Shown piece after piece: positions 12,497-24,500 of a DNA stretch of 45,226 bases. A model generated the notes under the pieces. The model saw only the letters and a program-made list of their open reading frames with translations. It was not told the origin of the DNA and searched no databases. The number at the start of each line of letters is the position of its first letter. Position 1 is the first letter of the stretch. The DNA comes from Octopus bimaculoides. Taxonomy: Eukaryota. Position numbers and translations under genes: made by a program. The stretch spans positions 155,254,367-155,299,592 of the forward strand of contig NC_068981.1 of NCBI RefSeq assembly GCF_001194135.2, read 5' to 3'.

Positions 12497-12720
12497 ATTC
12501 TTTTACGTTAAATTGCGACCATGCTGGTGCAACACGTTGAAGAATTTTAGTCGAATAAATCAACACTAGTGCTTAGTTTTTTTTTAAACCAGGTAATTAT
12601 TCAGTGAGTCTCTTTTGCCAAGCCATAGGATGTAAAGTTATGGGGATGTAAACAAAGCAACACTGGTTGTCAAGCAATGGCGGGTGACAAACAGACAAAA
12701 AGACACATATACATACACAT

Positions 12721-12762
<42 letters not shown>

Positions 12763-12783
12763 ATACATATATATATGTATATA

Positions 12784-12828
<45 letters not shown>

Positions 12829-12837
12829 ATATATATA

Positions 12838-12909
<72 letters not shown>

Positions 12910-12924
12910 CGTGTGTGTGTGTGT

Positions 12925-12955
<31 letters not shown>

Positions 12956-13062
12956 CCTGAGACCATAGTAGAAGACACTTGCCCAAGGTGCCATGCAGTG
13001 GAACTGAACCCAGAACCATCTGGTTTGGAAGCAAACTTCTTACCACACAACCAGACATGCAC
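12497..13062 (-). mobile_element. SINE family A with expanded (about 250 bp) central TA/TG microsatellite
   Basis: 3' half at 12497-12700 and 5' half at 12955-13062 flank the (TA)n/(TG)n tract. Confidence 0.85.
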
Positions 13063-13082
13063 ATTCAGTCACACACACATGC

Positions 13083-13300
13083 ATCATCATCATCATCATC
13101 ACCATTTAATGTCCTTTTTGCCATGCTGGCATGGGTTGAACGGTTTAACAAGAACAGACAAGCTCAAAGGTTCTGCTAGGTTCTATGTCTACTTTGGCAT
13201 GGTTTCTACAGCTGGATGCCCTTCCTATCACCAACCACTTAACAGAGCACACTGGATGGTTTTTACATGGCACTAGCACTGATGGGGGTCACCAAGTACC
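13083..13300 (-). mobile_element. SINE family C, degenerate
   Basis: (CAT)n followed by tttaatgtcc..ccatgctggcatgggttg..ggtttctacagctggatgcccttcc. Confidence 0.7.
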
Positions 13301-13611
13301 CACAGGATAAGACTCCTCAACTGAATGGAGTACTGAATGGCGGAATAAGAAACTATGTTAGAAGAAGAGGAACAGGTGTCTTACTGAAGAGGTAAATACA
13401 TAGCTCACCCACCTGGAAAGTGAGAGAGAAAGAGAGACAGAAAGAGATGGGATCCATCTGGATATCATTTGCTGACTCTTTTGATAGATCTGTCTAGGTT
13501 AAGTGTCTCTGCACTTGTATACTATCAATGGTATTGATGTTCCCTCTGTCTCATGCATGGTTGAATGCACCAGTACATATCTAAGAATATATATAAATGT
13601 ATGTATATATG

Positions 13612-14346
13612 TCTTTTATCTTTTACTTGTTTCAGTCATTATACTGTGGCCATACTGGAGCATTGCCTTAAAGAATTTTAGTTGACCTTGTTGACTTCAG
13701 TACTTATTATATTTTTGTAAAGCCTAGTACTGATTCCATCAATCTCTTTTCCTGAACAGCTAAGTTACAGGTACATAAACACACCAACACCTGTTGTCAA
13801 GCAGTGATGGAGGAGAAACACATACACAAACACACACACACACATTTATATCTCTTTTACTTGTTTCAGTCATTTGATTGTAGCCATGCTGGAGCACCGC
13901 CTTTAGTCGAGCAAATCGACCCTAGGACTTATTCTTTGTAAGCCTAGTACTTATTCTATCGGTCTCTTTTGCCGAACCGCTAAGTTACAGGGACCTAAAC
14001 ACACCAGCATCAGTTGTCAAGCGATGTTGGTGGGGACAAACACAGACACAAAAACATATACACACACATACATACATATATATATNNNNNNNNNNNNNNN
14101 NNNNNNNNNNNNNNNNNNNNNNNNNNNNNNNNNNNNNNNNNNNNNNNNNNNNNNNNNNNNNNNNNNNNNNNTATACATATATACGACGGGCTTCTTATAG
14201 TTTCCATCTACCAAATCCACTCACAAGGCTTTGGTCGGCCCGAGGCTATAGTAGAAGACACTTGCCTAAGGTGCCACGCAGTGGGACTGAACCCAGAACC
14301 ATGTGGTTCGTAAGCAAGCTACTTACCACACAGCCACTCCTATGCC
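13612..14346 (-). mobile_element. Two tandem SINE family A copies (partial 13612-13845; full-length 13851-14346 with a gap in its microsatellite)
   Basis: 13851-14346 is nearly identical to 2215-2622. Confidence 0.9.
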
Positions 14347-14593
14347 TATTATATTTATTTATGTCGAGCTTCTTTTAGTTTGGGTCTTCTTGTTTTGACA
14401 TCATACAAGCAGAGGCATTCATTTCTGACATACTGCAAGAATATGTCTGGACATGGGGAAATACTATCTTGCTTGGAAACAGATGAGGGTTGGTGACAGG
14501 TAGGGCGTCCAACTGTAGAAAATCTGCTTCAATAAACTCCATCTAACCTATGCAAGCATAGCAAAGTGGATGTTAAAATGAAACACACACATA

Positions 14594-14625
<32 letters not shown>

Positions 14626-15499
14626 GATAGCACTATTACTACAGTAAGTAGGTGGTTCTGTTGATTTGTTGAAACTGATGCAAGACTCATTCAATTTATT
14701 TCTGCATGCTACTGAAGCAAGAAATTAAACTCAATTTCAACAGATGATTTCCAACAATTAATGGTCTATTTAACTATAACAGAATCACGCCAATAGTTGA
14801 ATCTTCCAATGTTACTGCATACCTCCAACAGAGGCTATATAACATCTAACAATATATGAGTTACTATAATTTCTATCTCAATATGAATTTCAATAACATT
14901 TATATATAATCATAACTGTTTATGCCTGTATCTATTCACTGCCTATATTACTGTTTGCAATTTCATTTGCACACATTTAAAAAGAATTTATTTACTTTTT
15001 ACCTTATATTGAAAATTTTCCTTATCTGATAAATTCAAGGGGAAAAAAAAAAGGACCCTTCCTATTTCCGATATTTTGAAAAATTCCTGTGTGTGATCTT
15101 TTTACTTCTATAATTCCCATTTCACTTTAAATTCATTTCATTTTAAAAACCCTGTGATAATATGTTTAAACTGAAAGTGGAAGCTAAATTTGATATCATT
15201 TATACTACAACAAAGCTTTGCATAACACATGGTATAAATGGACTTCTCAGTGTGTGTGTGTATGTGTGTGTGCGTGTGTGTGCGTGTGTGTGTGTGTGTG
15301 TGTGTGCATGTATGCATGTGTGTATGCATGTTTATGCATGTGTGTATCATGTGTATGCATGAGTGTGCATACACACATGCATTTGTGAGCATGTGTGTTT
15401 GAGAGAGAGAGAGGGGGGAGAGAGAGAGTGGGAGAGAGAGAATGGGAGAGAGAGGGTGAGGAGAGAGAGCATGTGCACAAATTCTTTATTTTTTAATTT

Positions 15500-16230
15500 T
15501 TTACTTATCTTAGACATTGAACTGCAACCATGGCGGGAACTGCCTTGAAGGGTTTTAGTCAAACAAATTTATCCCAGTACTTATATTTTTGAAGTCTGGT
15601 ACTTATTCTATTAGTCTTTTTTTTTTTTTTTTTGCCAAACCACTAAGTTATAGAGGACATAAACAAACCAATACCGGTTGTCAAGTAGTAGAGAACAATT
15701 ACAAATAGAGACCCTAGGATACACACACACACATAATGAAAGAGCATGGCTCACTGGTTAGAGCATTGGGCTCACAATCATGAGGTAGTGAGTTCAATTC
15801 CCAGAATGAGCTGTATGTTGTGTTCTTGAGTAAGACATTTTATTTCATGTTGCTCCAGTTCACTCATCTGTAGAAATGAGTTGCGACATTACTGGTGCCA
15901 AGCCATATTGGCATTTACCTTTCCCTTGGGTAACATCAGTGACACAGAGAAGGGAAGCTGATATGCATGGGTGACTGCTGGTTTTCCATAAAACAACCTT
16001 GCCTGGACTTGCGCCTAGGAGGGTAACTTTCTAGGTGCAGACCCATGATCATTCATGACTGAAGGGGTTCTTTACCCTTTACCCTTTGCCCTATTTATAC
16101 AATAGGCTTTCATATAGTTTTCACTTACCAAATTCATTCATAAAGCATTGATCATCCTAGGGCTATAATAGAAGACACTTATCCAAGGTGCTACACAGTG
16201 GAAACCTAAAACCATGTGGTTGCAATAAGC
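15500..16230 (-). mobile_element. SINE family A split by a nested SINE insertion
   Basis: 3' half at 15500-15735 and 5' half at 16100-16230 lie in the same orientation on either side of 15740-16090. Confidence 0.65.
15740..16090 (+). mobile_element. tRNA-derived CORE-type SINE (family E) with (TTTACCC)n-like tail
   Basis: GCATGGCTCACTGGTTAGAGC (A box), GAGTTCAATTCC (B box), CORE-like gtgttcttgagtaagac..gctccagttcactcatctgtagaaatgag. Confidence 0.75.
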
Positions 16231-16301
16231 ACCATTTTAGTTAATCCTTTCAAATCCAGCAGTTCTTTATTTCAATTTGGTATTTATTTTGTCATAATTT
16301 T

Positions 16302-16539
16302 GTGCAGGTGGCACATAAAATACACCATTTCGAGCATGGCCGTTGCCAGTACCTCCTGACTGGTCTTCGTGCTGGTGGCACGTAAAAGCACCCACTACAC
16401 TCTTGGAGTGGTTGGCGTTAGGAAGGGCATCCAGCTGTAGAAACTCTGCCAAATCAGATTGGAGCCTGGTGTAGCCATCTGGTTCACCAGTCCTCAGTCA
16501 AATCATCCAACCCATGCTAGCATGGAAAGCGGACGTTAA

Positions 16540-16570
<31 letters not shown>
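16302..16570 (+). mobile_element. SINE family C, young 3' portion
   Basis: Near-exact reverse complement of 4884-5120; (GAT)n tail. Confidence 0.85.
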
Positions 16571-16574
<4 letters not shown>

Positions 16575-16977
16575 ATAGTTTACCAATTGACTAAGTTACC
16601 AGTCTAACACATTATACATGAAACACAATAAACACAAGCATGAACATAGAAAACACACATGCACACCCACACACATTGGACTTTTGAATCATCTATATTT
16701 ACAAAATTCCACTCAAGTAAAACTTTAGGCTACTGCAAACAGCACTTTCCTGCAGTAGCATGCCATGACGTTAAACTAGGGACTTTCTTAACTACACAGC
16801 TATGGCATGCATATAGAGAAACAACTTCTAGCTACCTTCGATAGGCAGTCTCAACACTACATTTTTTAGTTGCTGATCAAGTTGGAGTTTTAGTGGTAAA
16901 CCAAACTGAGCACTCATAGTACATATCTATTACATTACATCAGTTGATGATAACTCCTTGTATCTCTCTCTCTATAT

Positions 16978-17024
<47 letters not shown>

Positions 17025-17034
17025 CGCGTGTATT

Positions 17035-17277
17035 CTTTTATTTTTACATTTTGTAGTCGCCATGCTGGAGCACCACCTTAAAGCGTTTTAGTTGAAGAAA
17101 CTGACCCCAGGACTTATTCTTTTAAAGCCTAGTACTTATTCTATCGGTTTCTTTTGCCACACTGCTAATTTATGGGAGCATAAACACCTTACCATTGGTT
17201 GTCAAGCAATGGTTGGAGGTGGCAAACACAGACACAAAGACACACACATAAATAAACACACACACACATATATATAC

Positions 17278-17308
<31 letters not shown>

Positions 17309-17468
17309 CATGCACAATGGGCTTCTTTCAGTTTCCTTCTACCTAATCCACTCAAAAAGCTTTGGTCGGCCCAAGCCTATAGTAGAAGGCACTTACTCAA
17401 GGTGCCACACAGTGAGACTGAACCTGGAACCATGTAGTTGGGAAGCAAGCTCCTTACCACACAGCCAC

Positions 17469-17470
<2 letters not shown>
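17035..17470 (-). mobile_element. SINE family A
   Basis: Colinear with 2215-2622. Confidence 0.85.
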
Positions 17471-17502
<32 letters not shown>

Positions 17503-18149
17503 CATCATAAATATACAGGGATTAGCAATTGAGTTGCTTCTCCAACATACTGAAAATTTAGAAATAGCAGTCAAGGAACTACTGATTCTAAACTACAAAT
17601 TTTTCTCTAAAACGGATGGCGATATTTATGGCACACATAGAACAAAAAACCGGAGGGAAAAGCGTAAACAAAACAAGTCTTTAGTTAATTGGATACAAAT
17701 CGTTTCATGGTTAAGTGAATGAAAATTTCACTATTCCAATCTTCAGCCCAAATATTCTGATAAATTTGAAAGTGCCGCTAAAAAAATTCACGGTAATCTT
17801 TGGCCATGCGACACCAAAAATCAACGATAAGAAAGGCACTTACGAATTCATCGGCTAGTGAGTGCAGGCATCTCACCTCAAAGAAATCTATTCCATGTGC
17901 GTCACAAATAGTCCCGTATGAAAAGAAGTCCCGTGTGGAGGGATTACGGTTTAACCATCTAACTTAGAGATATCAAATATAAAATATACAAGAATAATTC
18001 CTGCCCTTATTCTTGTATATTATATATATATATATATATATAATGGTCCTGAAAAGGAAGAAAATTGGAGTATTTCCAGTGAGACACTCAATCCAAGTGC
18101 TCGAGACTACACTTTTGAAAGAAATGGAGTCACAAAGAAGATCAAAATT

Positions 18150-20860
18150 CTGATGGTGTAGACAATCCACACTGGCAAATCCAGTGTGTGGATCTAGAGA
18201 AGTGTAAAATATATATATAATGAAGAAAATTGTTGTATACAGTTCTCAGGTGCACTACAACTAGAAAGAAAAAAAAAAGGCCATCAGGTGTAATGCTGGC
18301 GATTTCAAGAAGCATGGCAGTTTTGAAGGATGTAGTGTCTCGACAGCTAACAACTGATGCGGGTAGTTTATTCCATTCTTCAGCAATTCTGAGCGTGAAA
18401 AAATGCTTCCGAAAGTCATGGGTGCTGTGTTGCTTTTTAATTTTATTAGCATGTCTGCGAGTGTTTGTCATATGGAATTCAAAAAGGTGCCCAAGGTTGT
18501 TGTTGGAAAGATGGTGGATAATCTTGTGGGTGTCTACCAAATCAGTTGCCAGACATCTGAGCTTCAATGTACCCATGCCCAGGTAAGCAAGACGTTCAGG
18601 GTATGGTAGATGTCTGATGGCAGGTATTCGTTTTGTTGCACATTTCTGAACAGTTTCCAGGAGATTTATATGCTGAGCAAGATAGAGGTTCCAGACTGGT
18701 GAGGCAAATTCCAAGTATGGACGTACCATTGTCGTATACAATTTTAAATAGAAAACTGGAGAGCAGCTGACAAAGGTCTTACTGAGTGATGTTAGCACCC
18801 TTCAGCTTTCTTGACAATCTTAGAGATGTGGTTTGTCCAATGCAGATCGTTGTTTACAATGATACCCAGATCACATCCTCTAGGAGACTTCTTGAGATTG
18901 GTAGTATTGAGGAAGTATGTAAAGGCTGGATTTTTCCTCCCAAAATGCATGTTGATGTACTTATCCACAGCTAGCTTGAGTTGCCAGTCAGAGATCCATT
19001 GCTACATTGTATCCAGATCTGATTGCAGGAAAGATCTATAGCACATTGGATCTGTTCTTTTTATTTCGAGGTACAACTTGATGTCATCTGCATATTTCAG
19101 CACTGTACCATTCCTCAAGTTGGCACCTATATCATTAATGTATGCAACAAACAGTAGGGGTCCAAGAATGGATCCCTGTGGTACACCTGAAGTCATCTCG
19201 TAGGGTGAAGAATGATGTCCTAGAACTGTAACTACTTCTTTCTGACCAAGAATGAAGGACTTCAGCCAGTTATAGAGATCATCCTTCACACCCATTGCAG
19301 AGAGTTTTACCATGAGTCGTTTGTGTGGTACAGAGTTGAAGGCTTTAGCAAAATCACGATAGACAGCATCTCCCCATGAGCCGCCATCAAGAAACTTGAT
19401 GAATTGACTACAGCAGTTGGAGTTAGAGATAAAACCAAATTGTAAGGGTCGAATAAAGCTGTGAGAGCTCCAAAAGTTCCAGTGTGTTTCTTTGACACAG
19501 AACTCCATCAGTTTATCAATGTAGCTATTAAGGCTGACTGGATGGTAGTTGACAGGTGATGTACGATCACCTCTTTTGAACAGGGGAACAACACTGGTAA
19601 TTTTCCAGTGCTTTGGAGTGACACAGTTGTTAAAGCAGAATTGAAAAAAGAAGAAAGCTGGTGCAACAGAAAGAACCCACCACATTTGAGAAGCAAATAA
19701 GTAACACCATCAAGACCAGGAGAGGCATAGTTGCACTTATTTTTGAGGTGGCATTGCAGCATTGAGGGTGTGAATTTCACAGATGTTACAGCATTTGATG
19801 TCAAAGTTCATGAAGAAGGTACATTGGGATTTTCAGCTGTAAAAATGCCAGCATAGCATTCAGCAATAAGCTCAACACATCTTTGGGGTCATCAGTGATC
19901 TGACCTGTGTGGGAATTGCGAAGAGAGCCAACTGGGGAGTGAGGTCTCTGTTTTGAATGCATATATTTCCAGAACACTTTGCTGTCGGGGCTAGTTGCTA
20001 TATGTCATTCAAACTTAAGCACTGCCTTTTTTGTCACTTGCTTGAGATGGTTGGATGATCTGTTGTGTCTTCTGTTTTCATCTGTCCCAAACTGTCTGTA
20101 TTTCTGTTCAGCATCACAACAATCTTTCCTGGCAAGTCGAACTGCTGCAGTTTCCCAAATTGCACTGCTCTTATTTCTAGAGCATTTGCGCAGTACTGAT
20201 GCTTCATATGTAGCCCAGATTGACTGAGGATATTTTGAAAAACAGTATTGACATCCCCAGAATAGTAAAATTCAAACCAGTTTTGGTGTTGTAACTCCTT
20301 ATGGTAACAGTTCCACTCTGCTTTGTTCCAGTCAAGGCGAGTGGTTTGAAGGTGGTGGTGCTTCTTGTTTCTGCCTATAAGAGACAGATTAGCAATGATC
20401 ATAGCATGATTGGTGTCACCTAGAGGTTCCTTCGTCGTAACACTGATAACAGTTTCAAGAGTGGTGGTAAAGAGCAGGTCCAAAGTGTTATTACCTTATG
20501 TGGGAGAGGTAACTACTTGGGACCAGTTTGCATCCAGCACACTACATCAAGGAAGTTGCCTGTGCTTTGTGGCCAATGAAAAGTTTCCCATTCAATTTCC
20601 GGGTAGTTGAAGTCACCAGCAATGAAAAAATAAGTGGCTGTTTTCTTAGATGCAGCCCTGGGGATTTCAAAAAGTTGTGTGTCTTGATAGTAATTTGGTA
20701 GGCGATAGACGACTCCAAGTATTAGTGTTGACATGTTTATGCGTAATTTGCAAAAGAGTGCCCCATGTTGTGATTTGTCCAGATCATCACAAGGAATAGC
20801 TGGAAAGTTTGACCGATATCATCAATTTATCATGTATCCAAAAAAGAAGCACACTCTAAA
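18150..20860 (-). mobile_element. 5'-truncated CR1-clade LINE (endonuclease + reverse transcriptase ORF2 pseudogene)
   Basis: EN motifs LILGVVYR and AGDFNYPEI; RT motifs DFAKAF, SGVPQGSILGPLLF and YADD; C-terminus VRPYLEFASPVW..ERL..RKHFFTLRIAEEWNKLP; several frameshifts. The 3' boundary is approximate. Confidence 0.95.
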
Positions 20861-20884
20861 GCATAGAGCAGTAATGTATTTATA

Positions 20885-21176
20885 AGTAGTTAAGTTTATG
20901 CCCGATCATAGAGTGACCAATCGTTTCACATCCATGAAGGGCTTAGACCTGTGAATGTCATGTCAGACTCTAAAGCTGTTGACAAATGGAACTCTTCATC
21001 TCTGAGAGGCAAGAATCCATAACCTGGCCAAATGACCGTAACAAATTCCTGCCTCCCAGTGGTGAAGAGTTACATTTGTTTTTGGCTTTAGAATATGACG
21101 AAATGTTCATGGGGTTAAGCCCTTCGTGGATGCGAAACCATTGGTCACTCTATGACCAGACATAGACTTAACTACT
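20885..21176. mobile_element. Tc1/mariner-type MITE with about 61-bp TIRs
   Basis: Arms 20883-20945 and 21116-21178 are inverted with 7 mismatches in 63 bp, counting the flanking TA dinucleotides. Confidence 0.8.
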
Positions 21177-21569
21177 TATGTATGTATGTATGTACGTACG
21201 TATGTATGTATGTATATGTGTGTTTGTATGTTTGTGTGTGTAAATTATCACCAGAAACATTAATTAGTATGCTAATAAATGCGAACGAGAAGTATGTGTT
21301 GAATGTTGATTGTAAGGTTACGGATTTTCTTTCCTGGTTTGTTAGACAACAGCTATTTATTGTCGTCGTCAAGGAAACTGGGAGAAAGTTGGGACCATCT
21401 GTGAAACAGCAGCGCTGTCAAGAAAGAAAGACAACTACTACTACTACTACTTGCAAAAACGGAGGAAAAGTGCAGAGTAAACAATTTATTGAAGGAATAG
21501 GTGCAGATTCTTGAAACTGACGGTGTAAGTGAAATGGTGTTGGCCCATACCTCTGCCAATAGAAAACAA

Positions 21570-21790
21570 TATATTCTCCGAATGCTTACTCGAACCCACT
21601 AGAAATAGTAATTAAATTTCTTTCACATAACACCATATCGTGGACACGTTGGATGATGTAATTATAGATACACTGACACTGTGTCAGAAAAGTGAAAAAT
21701 TAAATAAGATGGTCATGGCTAGAACGTCTTTTGATCAAAGACTAGCTTGATCACAGCTAACCTAAGACAAGGTTACAACAACAATAACAA
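21570..21790 (+). mobile_element. Interspersed repeat family D ((CAA)n-tailed); related copies near 9640 (-), 10250, 29100, 32990, 34450 and 34790 (+)
   Basis: Shared motifs ctagaaatagcagccaaatct, ggataatgtagtc and atggtcatg..gaatgcctttgatca. Confidence 0.55.
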
Positions 21791-22303
21791 TAGTATCAAT
21801 ACGAACGATTAAAAGAAGTAACTGAGTAGAATAACAGAGATAGTAAGAAGAAAGGAGTGGGAAAAAAGCACATATATAAGAAGAGCTAGAATAATAGAAG
21901 ATCGTTAGGGCAACAATCAACAGTTAGTAGCAGACTGGATTTTTACAGGACCTTCAACAGCAAATAACATGAGCAGTAGTTTAGTACTACTTCAATTACT
22001 CCCCGCCAAAGACAAAACGCATACATACAACAGGCATAAGGCATACACACGCACAAACAAACACACAAACATACACTCCTTCTGCACACTCAATCACATA
22101 TTTTGAACCACTCCTCAAAAGATGTTTTATTTTTCTAGAGCAGCTGTATTTCATTCTGCTGAAATTGCACACTTAACGTGTTCTGTTGAGAGACAATTGT
22201 TGCTGAGCTTCGTATATGCAGCTAATACAGTTGATTGTTATACTACATATATTATTAATATTATTATATTAATTATACATCTAATACGGCTTTTATTAAA
22301 CTA

Positions 22304-22338
<35 letters not shown>

Positions 22339-22520
22339 ACTGCTGTCGCTGCTACTGCTACAATTGTTTCTTAGCAATAATTTGGAAAGCTGAAACCATT
22401 TCTCTTATTGCCTTTCATATTTTTTTTCCTTGTGCATATACATTTGCTTGATTTTTTTCGTTAGTGACCTTTCTATGTAAATGAACGTTAATGTTAATGT
22501 ATGTATGTATGTATGTTTGT

Positions 22521-22590
22521 GTGGATGTATGTGTGCATGTATATACAACACATGCATCTGTGTGTGCATAAATAAATATCTACATACACC

Positions 22591-22639
<49 letters not shown>

Positions 22640-22751
22640 ACACACACACATATGTATGTATATATGTATGTATGTATGTATGGGTGGATGTATGTGTGCA
22701 TGTATATGCAACACATGCATCTGTGTGTGTATAAATAAATATCTACATACA

Positions 22752-22827
<76 letters not shown>

Positions 22828-22880
22828 AGATAGATAGATAGATAGATACACACACACATATGTATGTATGTGTGTATGTA
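22521..22880. repeat. Tandem duplication of a composite microsatellite unit
   Basis: A 71-bp core at 22521 and 22684 differs at 2 positions. Confidence 0.85.
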
Positions 22881-22939
22881 TGCTTGCATTAATATAATAA
22901 CATACGCATTATGTTTTTAGTATAAAGCAGTGAAAGACT

Positions 22940-23130
22940 GGTAAGCTGGCAGACTCGTTAGTACATTGGTCAAAATGCTTTGCAGCATTTCTTCTAACTT
23001 TGTACATTCTGAGTTCAATTTCCACCAAAGTCGACTTTACCTGTCAACCTTTCAGGGTCGATAAAATAAGTGGGGTCAGTGTAATTGACTAGCATCCCAC
23101 CCCTGCCATAATTTTAGGTCATGTGCCTAC
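22940..23130 (+). mobile_element. SINE family B (tRNA-derived)
   Basis: ggtaagctggcagactcgttag..ttctgagttcaattt..ggggtcagtgtaattgact..gtgcct; matches 43641-43852. Confidence 0.75.
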
Positions 23131-23394
23131 CATCATCATCATTGTTATAACATCCACTTTTCTATGCTTGCATGGGTTAGAATAAATTTTGTTGATGCAG
23201 ATTTTCTATGGCTAGATGCTCTTTCTGTCACCAACCCCCACCTGTTTCCAACTAAGATAATATTTTCCCAAGATCAGATGTTTTCACAAAATATTGTAAA
23301 TAAAGGATTCTACTTGCATTTCAGTGACATTCATTTCCAACTGTTTGGCAATGTCAAACCAATGAGACAGCAACACATTCATACATACACATGT

Positions 23395-23437
<43 letters not shown>

Positions 23438-24124
23438 TGTTCACACACAGGCACATGCATATGCATGTACTAGAAAGAATTATTGAGCTGTAAAGCTACA
23501 TAAGTGACTCACAGGCCAAGACAGTTGTGTATTGCACCTATCAAACTCCAGTATAAATTATTAATCTTTTTGTTATATAGAAGTTATTATTGGTCTATAT
23601 ACTTCTATCAAAATAGTATCGATAAAGCAATATTTTGCAAAATCTGACTGTTAAGCAAAGAGAAAGAATAGAATAACAAAGTAAAATAGAATAATTCTTA
23701 GAACATGCACATGTGTGCACGCACGCACACACACACACAGATAGATAGTCAGAGAGGTTAGCTGCCCTACAGATGTGAACACCTCTTTCAAAATCAGGAA
23801 GCAGTAGAAGTTTCATAGACAACTGCTTTGAAACTTGCAGTTCCACCACTGCTTGTAAATTTACATTTATATAATCAATGGTGCACTTAGCTATGTTAGA
23901 AAATGCTTAGAAAAGCTATGATTTTCAGGTAAAGACATCAGCTAACATGCACTTTACATGCTATGTAAGTGAAAGAGTAAAAATATGTAAAATTTTTCTA
24001 AAATTTGATATGTAACAGTTAGCATTGCTGTAATCCATATTTCCAGCAATAGGGCTTTTATTTCTTTGTTAGAAACCTGGTCCCCTTTGCCAGAAAGAAT
24101 TCTAATAAAGAAAGTACATACATA

Positions 24125-24500
24125 CATGTGGGCGTGGCTGTGTGGGAAGAAGTTTGTTTCCTAACTATATGGTTCTGGGTTCAGTCCCACTATATGACAC
24201 CTTAGGTGAATGTCTTCTAGTCAGGTTGATCAAAGCTTTGTGAGTGGATTTGGTAGATGGAAACTAAAAGAAGCTTGTCATGTGTGTATGTATGTATGTG
24301 TCTGTCCCCACCACTGCTTGACAACTGGTGTTGGTGTGTTTACAGCCCTGTACCTTGATGGTTTCATTAAAAGAGACTGATGATATAAGTACCAGGCTTA
24401 AAAAAACAAGTACTGGGGTTGATTTGTTCAACTAAAATTCTTCGAGGTAGTGCCCCAGCATGGCCACAGTCTAAACACTGAAGCAAAAGATAAAAGAAAG
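24125..24500 (+). mobile_element. SINE family A
   Basis: ggcgtggctgtgtgg head through cagcatggccacagtc..gaagcaaaagataaaaga tail. Confidence 0.85.

Noticed and set aside
12597-13276. Long ORFs rich in YI/HT/CV repeats (also around 15.1-15.5, 22.4-22.9, 32.5-32.75 and 39.4-39.9 kb)
   Set aside because: They are translations of (TA)n, (CA)n and (TG)n microsatellites, which lack stop codons in several frames.
15745-15815. tRNA-like A/B boxes (also in SINE A and B heads)
   Set aside because: They continue into SINE bodies and no cloverleaf is evident; these are not tRNA genes.
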